64,000 nucleotides of DNA from Escherichia coli (GTDB lineage Bacteria > Pseudomonadota > Gammaproteobacteria > Enterobacterales > Enterobacteriaceae), in NCBI RefSeq assembly GCF_029227855.1, contig NZ_CP074356.1; one strand, 5' to 3'. Under the pieces are notes generated by a model. The model searched no databases and was not told the DNA's origin. It worked only from the letters and a program-made list of their open reading frames with translations. Shown here piece after piece: positions 61,440 through 64,000 of this stretch; position 1 is the stretch's first letter, and each line of letters starts with the position of its first letter. The position numbers were made by a program, and so were the translations under genes.

Positions 61440-62627
61440 TCAACAAAGCGCGGGCTGCCCCCACGGTCTTGCACGAATTCCTTTTAACATCAGCACCCAC
61501 GCAGCAATAATCACCAACGTTAAGATGATAAACAGCGAGGAAGGCGGCAGGTTGGTTAGCACTACGCCACTCACTAATGGGTTAATCGCGGCACCAAGCC
61601 AGCCTAAAGACTGGGCGGAAAAATAGCTGGCTTTCATTCCTGGCGGCGCAATATGGTCAATCAACATATACTCGCCCGGCGCATAAATGATTTCACCGAC
61701 AGTAAATACCGCAGCTGACATACCCCACAATAGCAGGCTGTTGCCGGAAAAAATAAAACCAACCAGACCGATGACGAAACAGAGGGTGCCTGCTGTCATC
61801 AGCGCGCGGATGTTAGCCGGGTTAAGGCGGCGGCCCACGGAATATTGCAACGTAACTACCATGGCAGCATTCACCGGAAGAACAACCGCAACCACCTTTT
61901 CGGCAAAATCCCCATCAGCAATCACCATCACATATTGTGAAATGCATGAAGCAAATGCGCCGCTAACAAAGGAAGCCAGAAAACCAGAGCAGGTAAACCA
62001 CAACAGTGCTTTATCTTGTAATAAAACTTTCGGCGACCAGGCACTGCCTGTTTCCGTGGCGATGATTTTCTCGCTGCGCTTTACCCAAATTTGAATGAAA
62101 AGCATGGGAAACGCGGAACAGATAGCAGCCAGCCAAAAGGGCAGATTGATGCTCTGCATCACCAACAGCGTGCCGAGCGGCGGACCGATGGTCCAGCCAA
62201 TGTTGAGCATGGTGTAGTTGATTGAGAAGATTTTCGTTTTGCTGGTGGAGGAAAGATTGTCGGCAAACCAGGCTTTCAACACGGTAGCAAAAACGGAATA
62301 GGCGCAGTTAATAAGGGCAAAAAAGAGCACCACCAGCGTCACGTTATTCACTAAAGGAATGGCAATAAAACCGCTGGCGAAGGCGGTAATTGCCAGTAAC
62401 ATATAGCGTTTCTTGTCGAACTTATCCGCCAGGATACCAAAACCGAGACTAAAAACGACGCCAATAGTGAGCGCAATTGTCATCGCATAACCGATTAGAT
62501 CGACACTCAGGTTGTACTGGCGACTCAAGTAAATGGTCATAAACGGCAGCGTAGCGCCGCGTCCGATGGTTAATAACAACGACGAGGCAAGAAGGGCGCT
62601 GGTAGAGCGTCGGAGGGATAAGTTCAT
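61440..62627 (-). CDS. ydeE: MFS transporter YdeE
   Basis: 395-aa ORF, 12-TM MFS-like hydrophobicity pattern. Confidence 0.9.
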   Translation of the reverse strand: MNLSLRRSTSALLASSLLLTIGRGATLPFMTIYLSRQYNLSVDLIGYAMTIALTIGVVFSLGFGILADKFDKKRYMLLAITAFASGFIAIPLVNNVTLVVLFFALINCAYSVFATVLKAWFADNLSSTSKTKIFSINYTMLNIGWTIGPPLGTLLVMQSINLPFWLAAICSAFPMLFIQIWVKRSEKIIATETGSAWSPKVLLQDKALLWFTCSGFLASFVSGAFASCISQYVMVIADGDFAEKVVAVVLPVNAAMVVTLQYSVGRRLNPANIRALMTAGTLCFVIGLVGFIFSGNSLLLWGMSAAVFTVGEIIYAPGEYMLIDHIAPPGMKASYFSAQSLGWLGAAINPLVSGVVLTNLPPSSLFIILTLVIIAAWVLMLKGIRARPWGQPALC

Positions 62628-62821
62628 TTGTCTGTCCGGCAGTGCGTTTCGTTATGTTTTGTTTTAGAGATGTAAAGAAATAGCATGGCAAAAATCCGAA
62701 GTATAGCGACTTATTTGCGCATTAATGCCGTCGTAATCGGCGACTAACGAATCAACTGTTAAAGAAAAGTAAATTCAGCTAAGTTGATTGCTTACAAAAG
62801 ATGAAATTCAGAGGCGGTAGA

Positions 62822-63721
62822 ATGTCGCGAAAAGATGGGGTGTTGGCGCTACTGGTAGTGGTCGTATGGGGGCTGAATTTTGTGGTCATCAAAGTGGGGC
62901 TTCATAACATGCCACCGCTGATGCTGGCCGGTTTGCGCTTTATGCTGGTCGCTTTTCCGGCTATCTTTTTTGTCGCACGACCGAAAGTACCGCTGAATTT
63001 GCTGCTGGGGTATGGATTAACCATCAGTTTTGCGCAGTTTGCTTTTCTTTTTTGTGCCATTAACTTCGGTATGCCTGCTGGACTGGCTTCGCTGGTGTTA
63101 CAGGCACAGGCGTTTTTTACTATCGTACTTGGCGCATTTACTTTCGGTGAGCGGCTGCATGGCAAACAATTGGCGGGGATTGCCTTAGCGATTTTTGGCG
63201 TACTGGTGTTAATCGAAGATAGTCTGAACGGTCAGCATGTGGCGATGCTCGGCTTTATGTTGACCCTGGCGGCAGCATTTAGTTGGGCGTGTGGCAACAT
63301 CTTCAATAAAAAGATCATGTCGCACTCAACGCGCCCGGCGGTGATGTCGCTGGTAATCTGGAGCGCATTAATCCCAATCATTCCCTTCTTTGTTGCCTCG
63401 CTGATTCTCGATGGTTCCGCAACCATGATTCACAGTCTGGTCACTATCGATATGACCACCATCTTGTCTCTGATGTATCTGGCGTTTGTGGCGACAATTG
63501 TTGGTTATGGGATCTGGGGGACGTTACTGGGACGCTATGAAACCTGGCGGGTTGCACCGTTATCGTTACTGGTGCCCGTAGTAGGACTGGCAAGTGCGGC
63601 ACTATTGTTGGATGAACGCTTAACGGGTCTACAATTTTTCGGTGCGGTGCTCATTATGACCGGGCTGTATATCAATGTATTTGGCTTGCGGTGGCGTAAA
63701 GCGGTAAAGGTTAGAGGCTAA
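62822..63721 (+). CDS. eamA: O-acetylserine/cysteine exporter EamA (DMT superfamily)
   Basis: 299-aa ORF from ATG 62822 (MSRKDGVLALLVVVVWGLNFVVIKVG...), two EamA-type repeats. Confidence 0.9.
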   Translation: MSRKDGVLALLVVVVWGLNFVVIKVGLHNMPPLMLAGLRFMLVAFPAIFFVARPKVPLNLLLGYGLTISFAQFAFLFCAINFGMPAGLASLVLQAQAFFTIVLGAFTFGERLHGKQLAGIALAIFGVLVLIEDSLNGQHVAMLGFMLTLAAAFSWACGNIFNKKIMSHSTRPAVMSLVIWSALIPIIPFFVASLILDGSATMIHSLVTIDMTTILSLMYLAFVATIVGYGIWGTLLGRYETWRVAPLSLLVPVVGLASAALLLDERLTGLQFFGAVLIMTGLYINVFGLRWRKAVKVRG

Positions 63722-63724
63722 ACC

Positions 63725-63770
63725 ATACGCACAGAATGTGATGCCAGCACTCTGTGCGTATGCTTTTATC
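63725..63770. terminator. hairpin between convergent genes (probable bidirectional terminator)
   Basis: Perfect 12-bp inverted repeat catacgcacaga / tctgtgcgtatg with 14-nt loop, followed by cttttat. Confidence 0.5.
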
Positions 63771-64000
63771 GCGGGAAAAAGTACTTTACCTGGAACTCGA
63801 AAATATTGCTGTAAAGTAACGAATAATCCAGCGGAATAGAGTTACTGTCCACAGCCTGGGTCTGAATTTTAAGTATGGGATCCCGTGGGCTGATCCGTAA
63901 AATACTGGCGATTTCTGGGGTAGGAAAAGTAGGGGAGAAAGTTTCAAAGGTGCCAATGATTTTGATCCCGCATTCGTTCTCAATATACGAAAATTTGGAT
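63769..64000 (-). CDS. 3' end of an unidentified ORF running off the window edge
   Basis: Open minus-strand frame ending ...LLYSNIFEFQVKYFFPR with stop at 63769-63771; does not match the marB I expected here. Confidence 0.25.

Noticed and set aside
1-64000. CRISPR arrays and tRNA genes
   Set aside because: The only regularly spaced repeats are the replication iterons (12930-13040) and the stf coding repeats, neither with repeat-spacer architecture. No tRNA-like cloverleaf was recognised by eye, but no tRNA scanner could be run.

Overview
The window reads as an Escherichia coli-type chromosomal segment carrying a complete-looking lambdoid prophage of about 46.8 kb (approx. 5364-52156). Left flank (1-5.3 kb): ynfD, ynfC, speG, ynfB, ynfA, rspA, rspB. 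Right flank (52.1-64 kb): the 3' part of ydfJ, then ydfI, ydfZ, ydfH, ydfG, dcp, ydeI, dgcZ, mgtS, ydeE, eamA. The prophage sits inside the MFS transporter gene ydfJ (the locus occupied by Qin in K-12, from memory): the first 31 codons of ydfJ lie at 5286-5378 and the rest at 52148-53431, joined by an imperfect 14-15 bp direct repeat. Prophage modules in order: integrase and excisionase; an 823-aa exonuclease and small early genes; a DicA/DicC-type immunity switch with two copies of one operator palindrome; a replisome-organizer gene with five internal iterons; an AT-rich four-gene operon ending in an SMC-like ABC ATPase; hokD, rem, a ydfU-like gene and a Q antiterminator; a moron island (lipocalin, DUF523/DUF1722 protein, AraC-family regulator); the lysis cassette with Rz1 nested in Rz; terminase, portal and a protease-capsid fusion; a lambda-like tail (Z, U, V, G/T, H, M, L, K, I, J); lom; an IS200-type insertion; a repeat-rich side tail fibre with a remodelled distal region; a Pin invertase; and ydfK. 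The strongest candidate for an undescribed system is the AT-rich operon at about 14.3-17.1 kb, whose architecture resembles Lamassu/ABC-three-component anti-phage systems. All calls come from reading the sequence and ORF translations against remembered protein families; no database search, HMM or composition statistic was run, and start codons and element boundaries are approximate.
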